From the NCBI GenBank assembly GCA_029856145.1, contig JAHQWK010000001.1, forward strand, positions 160,001 to 224,000: a stretch of 64,000 nt of DNA, in the 5' to 3' direction. Both the position numbers and the translations under genes were made by a program. Source of the stretch: Promethearchaeia archaeon (GTDB lineage Archaea > Asgardarchaeota > Lokiarchaeia > Sigyniarchaeales > SOKP01). Below, one piece after another: positions 31,018 to 41,617 of the stretch. The notes beneath the pieces are model-generated. The model had not been told where the DNA came from. It did no database searches and saw nothing but the letters and a program-made list of their open reading frames with translations. How positions within the stretch are numbered: position 1 is the stretch's first letter; every line of letters begins with the position of its first letter.

Positions 31018-31284
31018 CCCTCCAATCATTCGCTTTTACTTAAACAAGGAAGACCAACAGGAATATATAAGGAGGGGGGTGTTGGAAGGGTAAATCTATA
31101 TGAAGAAAATGTAAATCCTGAGTTTGGTTGATTATCATGATGAACACATACAGGTCCAAAATGGGAGCTCAGAACGTAAGATATATATATTACGATAGAG
31201 TGTTTAATGATTAATTACATAAGTCTTAAAAATCTTAAAATCAAATAAAACATAAATAAATTTAGAAATCAATGTGATTTTATT

Positions 31285-32067
31285 ATGATAAGTTGGATTT
31301 TATTTGCTATATTTGGCACATGGGTTTTAATTAACCGTTTTAGTGAAGGCGGAAAAATTGAAGATCAACCTCTTGGTATGCCACGCGGAACAGTAAGAGC
31401 ATTAATCACGATTATGCTTGTTTCATTTCCTTTTTGGTATATAATAATAGGAGGAGAAATCCCTGGTTTAATAGTAAACGTTATTTTTATTGTAGTAGCT
31501 TTTTATTTTGAAGCTAGACGAGGTGAGCACGAAAAATTAAAAGAAATTATTGATGAAATAAAAACTTCGGATTTACATGTCGAAGATATAATAAAGGAGA
31601 AGAAACCACTATATCTCCCTAAATATAGTGTTAGATTTCTTTTAGTTGTGATGTTAGTTATCGTTCAAATTATGATTTTCTTACAACCAAGCTTTTCTTT
31701 TCTAGTAACAAATACTCTTACTGATCTATTATTAATTATCGTTCTTTTTATTATCGGTGCCTTTTTTAGATCTGTTCTAAGATCTCGAGAAAGGAAAAAA
31801 ACTAGAGAAAAAATTGCAAATATGGATGCTTCTCTTTCTGATGTTCAAATTATTGAAAAGTTAATGCTTGAAGAACCTGATTGGTGGAAACGTACTGGTA
31901 AAAATGTGCTTTCAATAACAATGTTAATCATTGTCATTATAGCATTATTATGCTATACTTATAAATGGGATTATACAATCTTTACAATTCCTGGTCTGCA
32001 ATATAGTTTAACTATAGTGGGCGCGTTATTACTTTTTGTCAACGTATATTATGGTTTCAGAGATTAA
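31285..32067 (+). CDS. Hypothetical membrane protein with internal duplication
   Basis: PLGMPRGTVRALITI and PLYLPKYSVRFLLVV repeats; multiple TM helices. Confidence 0.75.
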   Translation: MISWILFAIFGTWVLINRFSEGGKIEDQPLGMPRGTVRALITIMLVSFPFWYIIIGGEIPGLIVNVIFIVVAFYFEARRGEHEKLKEIIDEIKTSDLHVEDIIKEKKPLYLPKYSVRFLLVVMLVIVQIMIFLQPSFSFLVTNTLTDLLLIIVLFIIGAFFRSVLRSRERKKTREKIANMDASLSDVQIIEKLMLEEPDWWKRTGKNVLSITMLIIVIIALLCYTYKWDYTIFTIPGLQYSLTIVGALLLFVNVYYGFRD

Positions 32068-32182
32068 ATAATCAATAATTTTTTTTTATTATCTATTTTC
32101 TTTTATGAGGAGATTCTTCTTTTTTAATGCCCAATTAAAAATAAAACAATTTTATTAATATTTAAATACTTAAATAATTCAA

Positions 32183-32344
32183 ATGATAACTTTTGAAAAA
32201 GATGGTTATGTTTTTGTTTATCGGGTTGCTGGAGTAGCGATTTATGATAATAGAGTTCTTGTACATCGAATTGTCATTGATGATTTCTGGTCATTACCCG
32301 GAGGACGATGTGAATTTTTAGCTAAAAATAAGCTAAATGGGTAA
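32183..32344 (+). pseudogene. Truncated NUDIX hydrolase
   Basis: MITFEKDGYVFVYRVAGVAIYDNRVLVHR..FWSLPGGRCEF then diverges and stops; the REUxEE part of the Nudix box is missing. Confidence 0.7.
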
Positions 32345-32380
32345 AATAGCTATTTACTTATAGAGAAATTCCGATTACTT

Positions 32381-32509
32381 ATGTTGAAAAAATGTCATAA
32401 ATGTGGAATGATTCGATCAACAAAGGATCTTGTGCTATTAGAGGATGGAAAATATATATGTTTCTCATGTTGGAATGATTATCACAGAGAAAAATCCAAG
32501 AAAGAGTGA
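32381..32509 (+). CDS. 42-aa C4 zinc-finger micro-protein, absent from the ORF track
   Basis: MLKKCHKCGMIRSTKDLVLLEDGKYICFSCWNDYHREKSKKE (CxxC..CxxC). Confidence 0.7.
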   Translation: MLKKCHKCGMIRSTKDLVLLEDGKYICFSCWNDYHREKSKKE

Positions 32510-32534
32510 TTGCTAATCTATAGCTGATGTTTAT

Positions 32535-32750
32535 TTAATCATAGGATACTAAAAATGTATAATTTTCAAGATCAAACTTCTTTATCTTCATTTCGTCTTT
32601 ATTTCTTTTTCTTGGAACGAGAGGTATTTTTATCACTATTTTATAATTTTGCAAATAAAAATTATTATAAAAAACGTTCTTAAATTTATCCCAATCAATG
32701 AACTTTTGAATACCAATTTCTTGATCTTCTATTACGGGGATTAAAGACAT
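32535..32750 (-). CDS. Hypothetical protein
   Basis: 71-aa ATG ORF occupying otherwise intergenic space. Confidence 0.5.
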   Translation of the reverse strand: MSLIPVIEDQEIGIQKFIDWDKFKNVFYNNFYLQNYKIVIKIPLVPRKRNKDEMKIKKFDLENYTFLVSYD

Positions 32751-33138
32751 GGATTTATATCTAATTCATATATAGTTTAAATAATTTTAATAATTGCAAA
32801 ATCTTCTTTTGCTAACCCTTTTTTCATTATGGATTAATTCTAAAATAACAAAAAGATGGTTATTTCTGAATAATCGCTTAAATCTGGTACCATTTATATT
32901 ATAAGAAATTGTATATTTAAATGTTTCTTTAATGCTTTTTAAAGCAAAATTTTCTTTTTACCTTAACTTTATAACTTATTATTAAAGAAATGTTTTACTC
33001 CACGTAAACTCTCTATTAAGTAAGGATTTAAATTATATTAATATATAAATATCGATAGGAAAAACAAGATTTTATCAATATTATTTGATTTTTCGATAAA
33101 TTTTAAAGATCTAACTCTATTTATTTTTAAAAGAAATC

Positions 33139-35115
33139 TTGAAGTTGAATATGGGACCTGGATTTTTTGGAAAAATATTATGGATTAACCTTACTGAAGA
33201 GAAATTTAAAGAAGAATCATTATCTGAAGAACATTATCGTCAATATCTTGGAGGATATGGATTAGCAGTTAAATTAATTTACGAAAATATGTCTGCGAAA
33301 GTTGATCCATTAAGTCCTGATTCTCTTTTTGGTTTTTTTCCAGGTTTATTAACCGGAACTCCCGCACCATTTTCAGGGAGGTATATGGTAGCTGGTAAAT
33401 CTCCTTTAACAAGTACATGGGGAGATGCTAATAGTGGAGGAACTTTTGGTCCAGAGATAAAGAAATGTGGATATGATGCAATTCTATTTAAAGGAGCTGC
33501 TGATAAACCTAAATATATTTCGATAATTGAAGATAGAAAGGAGATTCTAGATGCTTCAGATATTTGGGGATTAGATATAATCGAAGCAGAGTTAAAATTG
33601 AAAGAAAAACATGGTAAATTTATTAAAACAGCAGGAATTGGGCGAGCCGGAGAAGAAATTTCAAGAATTTCGGGTATTGCTAATGATAAGGGGCGAATTG
33701 CCGCTAGAGCTGGATTAGGCGCAATAATGGGTGCAAAAAAATTAAAAACACTTGTTTTAAAGGGAAATAAGAAAATTGAAATTCATAATAGAGATAAGTT
33801 TTTAGATTTAGTTAAAATATACAATAAAAGTAGCACACATAGAGAGCCAAGTAAATTTATACGATCAATTTTGAAAAATGTCCCCAATTTGGCAAAAACT
33901 ATTCGTAGATTTAGAATAGGATTTGCAGGACCACCAAAAATGATAAGAGAAATATATAAATCTTTTGGAACTTGCGTTGCTAACACTATTTCAGCAGAAA
34001 CTAATGATTCTCCAATTAAGAATTGGGGAGGAATTGGGACGTATGATTATCCATTTAAAAAATCAAAAAACTTATCTGCAATTAACATCCAAAATTACAA
34101 AATTAGGGATTACGGATGTTTTAGTTGTCCAGTTCAATGTGGTGGAATTCTAAAAATTCCAGAAATAAATTTAGAAGAAACTCACCTTCCAGAATATGAA
34201 ACTTGTTGTTCTTTTGGTGCCCTCTTACTTAATGATGATTTAATTTCAATCTTCGAGATTAATGAATTATGCAATCGAGCAGCTATAGATACAATATCGA
34301 CAGGTGCAACTATTGCATTTGCAATTGAATGCTTTGAGAATGGTATTTTAACATTAGATGATACAAATGGATTAGAATTAACATGGGGTAATTCAAAAGC
34401 TATTGTTGAACTAGTTAAAATGATAATTAATCGTGAAGGAATCGGAGATATTTTAGCTGACGGAAGTAATATCGCCGCAAAGAAAATAGGGAAGGGTTCC
34501 GAAAAGTTTGCTATAACTTCTTTGGGTTCTGAAATTGCAATGCATAATCCAAGGATTTTCCCTTCATTAGCTTTTACTTACAATTATGATCCAACACCAG
34601 GAAGACATACTGCAGCAAGCATTGATTTTATTGATATTGGACCAATAAACAAATTTCAGAAAGGATTTAAATTACCAAGAGGATGGAAAAGAAATGAGAA
34701 AAAGAAGCAAGAAGGTCAAAAATTAGTTACTTCTTTCCATCAAGTTTTAAGCAGTGTTGGTTTGTGTTTATTTTCAACTTTATTTGGTCCTTATCCTTTT
34801 ATCGATCTCATCAATAACTTTACTGGCTGGGATATTAATGTTGATGAACTAATAACTATTGGATTAAGAATTCAAACATTACGTCAAGCGTTCACTTTAC
34901 GTGAAGAGATAGATATTGCTAATAATAAATTGCCTGGGAGAGTTACTGGTCATCCTCCTGACAAAAGAGGACCAACAAAAGGCATATCCGTTGAATATGA
35001 AGACTTTTATAGAGGATTTTGTAGAGAAATGGGTTGGAATCCTAAAAATGGATTTCCTCTAAAAAAAACTCTTAAAGATCTAGATTTGGAATTTGTTATA
35101 AAGGATTTATATTAA
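33139..35115 (+). CDS. aor: Aldehyde:ferredoxin oxidoreductase family (tungstopterin) enzyme
   Basis: KSPLT..DANSGG, GRIAARAGLGAIMGAKKLK, CFSCPVQC, PEYET, DTISTG. Confidence 0.93.
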   Translation: MKLNMGPGFFGKILWINLTEEKFKEESLSEEHYRQYLGGYGLAVKLIYENMSAKVDPLSPDSLFGFFPGLLTGTPAPFSGRYMVAGKSPLTSTWGDANSGGTFGPEIKKCGYDAILFKGAADKPKYISIIEDRKEILDASDIWGLDIIEAELKLKEKHGKFIKTAGIGRAGEEISRISGIANDKGRIAARAGLGAIMGAKKLKTLVLKGNKKIEIHNRDKFLDLVKIYNKSSTHREPSKFIRSILKNVPNLAKTIRRFRIGFAGPPKMIREIYKSFGTCVANTISAETNDSPIKNWGGIGTYDYPFKKSKNLSAINIQNYKIRDYGCFSCPVQCGGILKIPEINLEETHLPEYETCCSFGALLLNDDLISIFEINELCNRAAIDTISTGATIAFAIECFENGILTLDDTNGLELTWGNSKAIVELVKMIINREGIGDILADGSNIAAKKIGKGSEKFAITSLGSEIAMHNPRIFPSLAFTYNYDPTPGRHTAASIDFIDIGPINKFQKGFKLPRGWKRNEKKKQEGQKLVTSFHQVLSSVGLCLFSTLFGPYPFIDLINNFTGWDINVDELITIGLRIQTLRQAFTLREEIDIANNKLPGRVTGHPPDKRGPTKGISVEYEDFYRGFCREMGWNPKNGFPLKKTLKDLDLEFVIKDLY

Positions 35116-35183
35116 AGCTATATTTTTTTTTATAATATATTCAAATAGTTCTTATTGGAATAAATTAATTTAAGACTAATAAT

Positions 35184-35654
35184 ATGCGTGAATTAAACCA
35201 CAATGATTTGAAATCCTTTATTAAGCATGAAATTATTAAAGAGATTAAAAAAATAAGAGGGAAACATTCTCCAATTTCTGAAGTTGTCAACAATGTTTCT
35301 CAATCCTTGCGAGTGGAAAAGATCTATGATTTGAGTAAAAAAGAAAAATATTTTTTCTTACTTATTGCAAGAAATTATAATAAGCAGCCCAAATTAAGGT
35401 ATTTCATAGCTATTTCATTAGCAAATAATAGTTCTGATTTGTTAGTTCAATTTGCACGTGATTTTGTTCTTAAAAGTGATTTAAAATTAATTCAATATTC
35501 CATTTTCCCAAAGACCTTAAGAATTCAATTATTATTGCTAAAAGAACTTAAACTAATTGAAGACTACGCTAATTCTATAGATAAATTTAAAAATTATAGA
35601 AAGGAATTTCGTAGTAACCTAATAAAAGTAAAGAATTTCGTAGAAAATAAATAA
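35184..35654 (+). CDS. Hypothetical protein
   Basis: 156-aa ORF co-oriented between aor and pyk. Confidence 0.65.
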   Translation: MRELNHNDLKSFIKHEIIKEIKKIRGKHSPISEVVNNVSQSLRVEKIYDLSKKEKYFFLLIARNYNKQPKLRYFIAISLANNSSDLLVQFARDFVLKSDLKLIQYSIFPKTLRIQLLLLKELKLIEDYANSIDKFKNYRKEFRSNLIKVKNFVENK

Positions 35655-35745
35655 TTTTTAAGGATAAACATAATAATAATATTAATCATTATGATTTTGA
35701 TTTTAGAATCCGAATTACTTTATAAATAAAAAAAGGTTTATAAAA

Positions 35746-37215
35746 ATGTCATTTAGAGAAAATACAGTGAAGATTGTATCAACTTTAGGTCCTGCGTCAA
35801 GCTCCAAAGAAATGCTTAAAAAACTCATTACTGTAGGAGTAGATATTTTTAGATTAAATTTCTCACATGGGACTCATGATGAAAAAAAAGAGTTAGTAAA
35901 AAGAGTTAGAGAAGTAAGTGAATATACTAAACATACTGGAATTTTAGCTGATATTCAAGGACCAAAAATCCGGGTAGGACAATTTAAAGAAGATCAAGCT
36001 TACAATTTAGGGATCGGTCAAGAAGTAAAAGTTTTTGAAAAAGAAATTGAAGGTGATCAAGATCAATTTTCAATACCCTTGCCAGGTTTTCTTAAATCAA
36101 TGAGAGTAGGGAATTTTTTTTTTGTAAATGATGGAATTATCAAAATCAAGGTCATCAAGAAAGAACAAGATCATATGATAGGAGAAGTTCTTGCAGGTGG
36201 AACGATTAGTAATAGAAAAGGAGTTAATATTCCTGCTGGAGAATTACCTCAAAAAGTCCCTACTGAAAAAGATGTAAAAGATCTTGAATTCATTGCAAAA
36301 ATAGATCCAGAATATGTGGCTATATCATTTGTAGCAGGAGGAGACGATGTTTTACACGTAAAGAGAATACTTGAAAATTATGGAAATTCAAAAATTAAGT
36401 TAATTTCAAAAATTGAGCGCCCAATTGCATTAAAAAACTTCGATCAAATATTAGAAGTTTCAGATGGTATTATGGTTGCTAGAGGTGATTTAGGAGTTGA
36501 AATTGATCCAGATAAAGTACCTCAATGGCAAAAAGAAATGATTTATAAATGTAATCGTGAAGGAAAACCAGTTATCGTGGCGACTCAAATGCTTGAATCA
36601 ATGGTCACCAATCCCATTCCTACCAGAGCTGAGGCTAGTGATGTATATAATGCTGTTATGGATGGAACTGATGCTGTAATGCTTTCAGCAGAAACAGCAG
36701 TGGGAAAATATCCTGTAAATGCTGTTCAATATATGAATCAGATAGCAAAAACTGCTACTGAAAATATGCCTAATAGGGTTCCAGATGAATATGATTCTGA
36801 TAGACTTACTCATACTCAAACTTTAGGACACGCTATATATGCTTTAGCAAAAGAAATGCAAGAATTAAATTTTAGAGGCAAAATTCTAGTAATTACAAGG
36901 AGAGGGTATGGTGCTAGAATGATTGCAAAATATCGACCCCCGTTGCCTATAATTGCCATGACACCATTTAAAAAAACGGCGAGAGAGTTAAGTTTAGTCT
37001 GGGCAGTACAACCTTTTTATATTGAAAACATGGACTTCTTTAATATGGATGCTGAAGAAATAATAGAACAATCCGTCAAACTTGCTGTCGAAAATAAATT
37101 ATTAGATGAGAATGAGCATGTAATAATTTTATTAGTTTCAAGAAAATTTGAACGAAGAGGAAATCTAGTAGGACTTTATTATGTGGGTGAAATTCTCGAA
37201 TCTTCATCTGAGTAA
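35746..37215 (+). CDS. pyk: Pyruvate kinase
   Basis: KIVSTLGPAS, RLNFSHG, DIQGPKIR, SKIE, MVARGDLGVE, ATQMLESM, PTRAE. Confidence 0.97.
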   Translation: MSFRENTVKIVSTLGPASSSKEMLKKLITVGVDIFRLNFSHGTHDEKKELVKRVREVSEYTKHTGILADIQGPKIRVGQFKEDQAYNLGIGQEVKVFEKEIEGDQDQFSIPLPGFLKSMRVGNFFFVNDGIIKIKVIKKEQDHMIGEVLAGGTISNRKGVNIPAGELPQKVPTEKDVKDLEFIAKIDPEYVAISFVAGGDDVLHVKRILENYGNSKIKLISKIERPIALKNFDQILEVSDGIMVARGDLGVEIDPDKVPQWQKEMIYKCNREGKPVIVATQMLESMVTNPIPTRAEASDVYNAVMDGTDAVMLSAETAVGKYPVNAVQYMNQIAKTATENMPNRVPDEYDSDRLTHTQTLGHAIYALAKEMQELNFRGKILVITRRGYGARMIAKYRPPLPIIAMTPFKKTARELSLVWAVQPFYIENMDFFNMDAEEIIEQSVKLAVENKLLDENEHVIILLVSRKFERRGNLVGLYYVGEILESSSE

Positions 37216-37395
37216 AAGTATTCGATTATATAACTGAATAAACTCAAGCTTTGTTTATTATCTAACTAATAAAAGTAAGTCATTCCATATTAATATTATA
37301 TTAATCAGTTTGTATAATAATATGTTAAAGACTTTTAGTTATAAAACCAAATACTAATATTTAATCGAATAAAAAATAAAGATTGAGGGAAAAAT

Positions 37396-37806
37396 ATGAG
37401 TACTGAGTGGAGTCACGCAAATTGGGTATCATTTCTAGGAATGATAGCTTGGATCTTAGGAATAATAAGTGGAGTTATCAACATATTATGGGGTATAATA
37501 ACTTTACCTCTTGTTATAATTGGGTTGGGAAATCCTATTTGGCTGATTATAAGCGGAATTTTAGCAATTCTAGTATCTTTTTTTATTATCTTGCCTAAGT
37601 TCTCGATTAAATGTTCTAAAAAAGATTGGGATTCTCTACTTAATTGGGTGTTACCACTGGGAAATATTAGGTTCCCATGGATGCTTATATGGGGAGCTAT
37701 TATGTGCACGTTTGGCTATGGATGGGGGGGGATAGCAATACTAGTCCCTGCATTTGTTTTGTTATTTGCTGGGCCCAAACCATATGATTGGAAAACCCAA
37801 GAATAA
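37396..37806 (+). CDS. Hypothetical membrane protein
   Basis: Hydrophobic Trp/Gly-rich 136-aa ORF; poly-T tract downstream. Confidence 0.75.
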   Translation: MSTEWSHANWVSFLGMIAWILGIISGVINILWGIITLPLVIIGLGNPIWLIISGILAILVSFFIILPKFSIKCSKKDWDSLLNWVLPLGNIRFPWMLIWGAIMCTFGYGWGGIAILVPAFVLLFAGPKPYDWKTQE

Positions 37807-37926
37807 TCAATAATTTCTTTTTTTTTAATTTTCTTTTATGTGCTAATAAATTTTGAGACTATTATTTTATTTATATAATCTTATTTTTTTGTTTCATGCA
37901 ATAACATAATCTCGCATGAAATTTGT

Positions 37927-38331
37927 ATGTACAATTCTCTCAAGAAATATAACAATAAAATATATACTGGTATGAGAGTAGGACTCTCTCATCAATGGAA
38001 CTATACAAATGGTAAATGGTATGAAACTAAAAAAGAGCCTGAGAAATGGAGTTTTAAATTTGAGAGTTTAAAAACTAGAATTAATCCTGCGCCAATTAAT
38101 TCTGGTGCTAAGATCAATACACAATTTCACTGGTATATAATTGCTGATCAGATTGCAACCAAAATTGATAATAATTCTTACATGACCTCAATGAAAGGAA
38201 TTAAATTTAAAATAGGGCATAAACGACCATATTGGAAAACCTTTAGTTATAACTATCCAAATCAAAAAAACTATAGAGAACGTTTAATAAAAATTTTAGA
38301 GGAAATTTTAGCTGAACTAAAAAAAGAATAA
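37927..38331 (+). CDS. Hypothetical Trp/Tyr-rich beta protein
   Basis: YTGMRVGLSHQWNY, FHWYIIADQ, KIGHKRPYW; looks conserved but function unknown. Confidence 0.7.
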   Translation: MYNSLKKYNNKIYTGMRVGLSHQWNYTNGKWYETKKEPEKWSFKFESLKTRINPAPINSGAKINTQFHWYIIADQIATKIDNNSYMTSMKGIKFKIGHKRPYWKTFSYNYPNQKNYRERLIKILEEILAELKKE

Positions 38332-38333
38332 CT

Positions 38334-38615
38334 TTAACTAATTTTTCCTTTATTTTGAGAATTTAGATATTTAATTATTATTGAATTTTCCTCCTTGATT
38401 GATATTTTCCTATCATTTCGACGAATAATAATTTCTTCAATATCTTTTTGTAAAATTGGAGAATTGTATCTTTCCTTAAATATAATAAACTCATTTGAAT
38501 TTGTGCAAAACCTTGTTAATTGAGATTCATTGATTCTTCCTATTCGACTCGTTAAATTACCTGATTTGTGATCTTTAAAAATAATTTCACATAAAACTTC
38601 TACTGCTTTTTTCAT
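38334..38615 (-). CDS. Hypothetical protein
   Basis: 93-aa ATG ORF downstream of the nitroreductase. Confidence 0.55.
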   Translation of the reverse strand: MKKAVEVLCEIIFKDHKSGNLTSRIGRINESQLTRFCTNSNEFIIFKERYNSPILQKDIEEIIIRRNDRKISIKEENSIIIKYLNSQNKGKIS

Positions 38616-38651
38616 GAAATGAATTCTAGTTGAGAGTATTTAAAGAAAAAG

Positions 38652-39179
38652 TTAAAATTGTTCGTAATGAACAAATTCATTGATAGGTTTTCTCTCTTTA
38701 ACTTCACCTTTAGGTTTAATAGGATATCCTAAAGGTGTTAGACCCATTATTTTATACTTTTTAGGGATGTTCAATAATTTTTTAAGTTTTTGCTCGTTAA
38801 ACCAACCAATCCAACATGTCGCTAAACCTTCAGCAGCCGCAGCTAGAATTAGATGTTCGAAGCAAATTCCAAAGTCTACACCGTAATATTTTTCACCACT
38901 TTTATTTATACCAGATCCCACTGTAGAAATCATGCCAATAATAAACATAGGGGCATCAATAAACTTCGTTTCCTGTCCAATTGCTTCCCAAACTGCTTTT
39001 ACATTTTCAGGCTCTTTAACAACGATATAATGCACTCCTTGCATATTTGCCCATGTTGGGGCTAAACGGGCAGCCTCTAAAATTCTTTCAATTTTTTCTT
39101 TTTCAGGCATTTCAGGTTTATAAACTCTGAAACTCCTTCGTTTTTTTACTACTTCGTAAAAGTCCATATTAAATCTCAT
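38652..39179 (-). CDS. Nitroreductase family protein
   Basis: RRSFRVY, ARLAPTWANMQ, AAAEGLATCWIG, PLGYP. Confidence 0.93.
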   Translation of the reverse strand: MRFNMDFYEVVKKRRSFRVYKPEMPEKEKIERILEAARLAPTWANMQGVHYIVVKEPENVKAVWEAIGQETKFIDAPMFIIGMISTVGSGINKSGEKYYGVDFGICFEHLILAAAAEGLATCWIGWFNEQKLKKLLNIPKKYKIMGLTPLGYPIKPKGEVKERKPINEFVHYEQF

Positions 39180-39277
39180 TTAATTGCTTTATATTTCATT
39201 AACCTAATATTCCTTAAGTTTTGAAATTTTTTCTTTTTTAAAATAAGTTTGAAATATATTTGCTGGTTTAGTCTACG

Positions 39278-40057
39278 TTAATCATCTATCATTCTTTTAT
39301 GGCCCTTTGGACAAATTCCATAAGTACAATCATAAAAACCGTCATCATACTCTTCTCTAGCATCGTAATGTTCCCAACAATAAATTTTATCACATTCAGG
39401 GCAATAAGCATCCAATCCTTCATAACCATGGTGTTTTTCCATAAATTTATGAACGTCCAATAATTTTCTTTTCAATATATATTTAAATAATTCATATGCC
39501 AGTTTAATACTTAAAGATCTTTCATGAGTAATCCCTCGGAAAACTAATGATTCTTTTTCATCAAATCTTCCATATCCAATCTTAAATTCAACAGCAATTT
39601 TACCACACACAGAACAAGGAAGATGATATTCTAAATCAGAAACAATAATAACTTTTTTAATATTCTTCACAATTTCCTTTTCAAATAATGGGTTCTCATA
39701 TATTATCCAAAAGGCATCCCAACACTCCTTAAAATTATTATCAACTCTAATAATCAGGTCTGAGGATTTGTTATTCTTGAATATTTTAAGTTGACTAATG
39801 ATTTTCGATAACAAATTTCTAGCAGTATATAAGAAATTTTTTGAACTCTCAATATCTTTTTTATCTAATTTTAGATTCGTTTCTAAAATTTCCCAACCAG
39901 AATAAATATAATAATAAAAATCCTTTACATCTGAGATCCACAATTCTTTTGTTGAATTGTCTAATTCTTTGAGATTAATTAGATATTTAATAATATCTTC
40001 TTTAATATTTTCTATCTGCTGAACATAATCTCTAACATTAGATATTCTTTCTTTCAT
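39278..40057 (-). CDS. Hypothetical protein with a Cys/His Zn-binding C-terminal half
   Basis: CSVC, CPEC..YCWEH, CPKGH. Confidence 0.7.
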   Translation of the reverse strand: MKERISNVRDYVQQIENIKEDIIKYLINLKELDNSTKELWISDVKDFYYYIYSGWEILETNLKLDKKDIESSKNFLYTARNLLSKIISQLKIFKNNKSSDLIIRVDNNFKECWDAFWIIYENPLFEKEIVKNIKKVIIVSDLEYHLPCSVCGKIAVEFKIGYGRFDEKESLVFRGITHERSLSIKLAYELFKYILKRKLLDVHKFMEKHHGYEGLDAYCPECDKIYCWEHYDAREEYDDGFYDCTYGICPKGHKRMIDD

Positions 40058-40087
40058 AGGGATTATAGGTTTATACTCTTTATTTAG

Positions 40088-40573
40088 CTAAGGAATTTTT
40101 TTAAGAGTTTTATTTTCATTCACACTATTAAACAATTGTGTTCCACAATGAATACAATTTTCTTCGTACCATGAGAATGGATAGCCACAATTGGAGCATA
40201 ACCATTGTTCTTTCTGCTGTTTTAACCACTCTTGAAAACCTCTTTCTTTTATTATCTCTAAACTTTGAATAGCGACATTATGATGAGCTACGTTCCTGTT
40301 TTGAAAACTTTTGATTTTTTCACATGGAAAATCTGAACATGTGTTACAGAATTCAATACCTTTGGATTTAGCACAACTTCTAATTTGGCATCCACGAAAA
40401 TTCTCAAATACTAATTCACTTTTACATCCTTGGCACTTAATTTCCTTATCTTCAAGTGGACTAATCCAATCCTCTGATAGACAATCACTACGGCTTTGTT
40501 TATAAGCATTCATGATGAAACAAGCACCACAATAAAGTCCACAATAGGAATCAAATCGAAAAATCATTATCAA
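40088..40573 (-). CDS. DUF3795-family Cys-rich protein (second copy in the window)
   Basis: YCGLYCGAC, CQGC, FCNTCSDFPC, CSNC..CIHC. Confidence 0.8.
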   Translation of the reverse strand: MIMIFRFDSYCGLYCGACFIMNAYKQSRSDCLSEDWISPLEDKEIKCQGCKSELVFENFRGCQIRSCAKSKGIEFCNTCSDFPCEKIKSFQNRNVAHHNVAIQSLEIIKERGFQEWLKQQKEQWLCSNCGYPFSWYEENCIHCGTQLFNSVNENKTLKKIP

Positions 40574-40823
40574 TCAATTATTAGAATTTTAGATTAAATA
40601 ATAAATAATTAGATCCTCTTTTAATAGATCCATTAGCATAAATTTCATTCTTAATATACTGAATTTTGGAATTATTAATTTATAATTAGATTTTCTTATT
40701 AAATAATTTCTATTTATATTATCTTTAAATAATTTTTAGAAACAATCAATAAATACAATGGAAATGATTGATTAAATAAATCTTATTAAAATTTGAATTA
40801 AAAAAAAAAATTTTGATTGAAAG

Positions 40824-41600
40824 ATGACAAAGAAAGAATATTTTCAGATTTTTAATCTTATTGGGTTTATTGCAACAGTGATTGTTAATTTTTTAGCGGT
40901 TTTATTACCAATTGGTGATATGACTACTCAAGAATTATCGGATGCTATCCCTAACTTATTTGTTCCAGCGGGGATTACATTTTCAATTTGGAGCATCATA
41001 TATATCTTTTTAGGGCTGTTTTCTATCTATCAAATTAGGGATATATTTAAAGAAGATAAAATTGAAATGAAATTTTTAAATGATATCGGATATTTTTTCA
41101 TTCTTGGAAGTTTAGCCAATATCATATGGATATTTGTGTGGCACTATCAACTAGTTCCATTATCTCTAATTTTTATGATAGTTCTATTAGTTTCATTATT
41201 ACTTATTTACATGAAATTAAATATCGGGAAATCAGAAGTTTCTAAAATCGAAAAAATTGCTGTTCATATCCCCTTCAGCATCTATCTGGGATGGATAAGT
41301 GTTGCAACTATAGCTAATATTACCGCGGTGTTAGTTGTTCTTGGAGTAAGTGGTTTTGGTCTATTAGCAGAAATTTTAACTATTATAGTTATTGCTGTGG
41401 TCGTCCTTATCACATTTGCCATGCTTTTGCTACGAAAAGATTGTGCCTATAGTCTAGTTATATTTTGGGCGTTATTAGGGATTTTCATTAAACAAAGTGT
41501 TACTAATTTAACAATCGCTATAGTTGCGTTGATTTCGGGAATTTTAATTATAGTAGGAATCGTCTATATTATTATTCGAGAGAAAATATTGCGTAAATAA
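40824..41600 (+). CDS. TspO/tryptophan-rich-sensory-like membrane protein
   Basis: LFVPAGITFSIWSIIY, NIIWIFVW, PFSIYLGWISVATIAN. Confidence 0.75.
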   Translation: MTKKEYFQIFNLIGFIATVIVNFLAVLLPIGDMTTQELSDAIPNLFVPAGITFSIWSIIYIFLGLFSIYQIRDIFKEDKIEMKFLNDIGYFFILGSLANIIWIFVWHYQLVPLSLIFMIVLLVSLLLIYMKLNIGKSEVSKIEKIAVHIPFSIYLGWISVATIANITAVLVVLGVSGFGLLAEILTIIVIAVVVLITFAMLLLRKDCAYSLVIFWALLGIFIKQSVTNLTIAIVALISGILIIVGIVYIIIREKILRK

Positions 41601-41617
41601 TTTTTTTCCTTTTTTTT

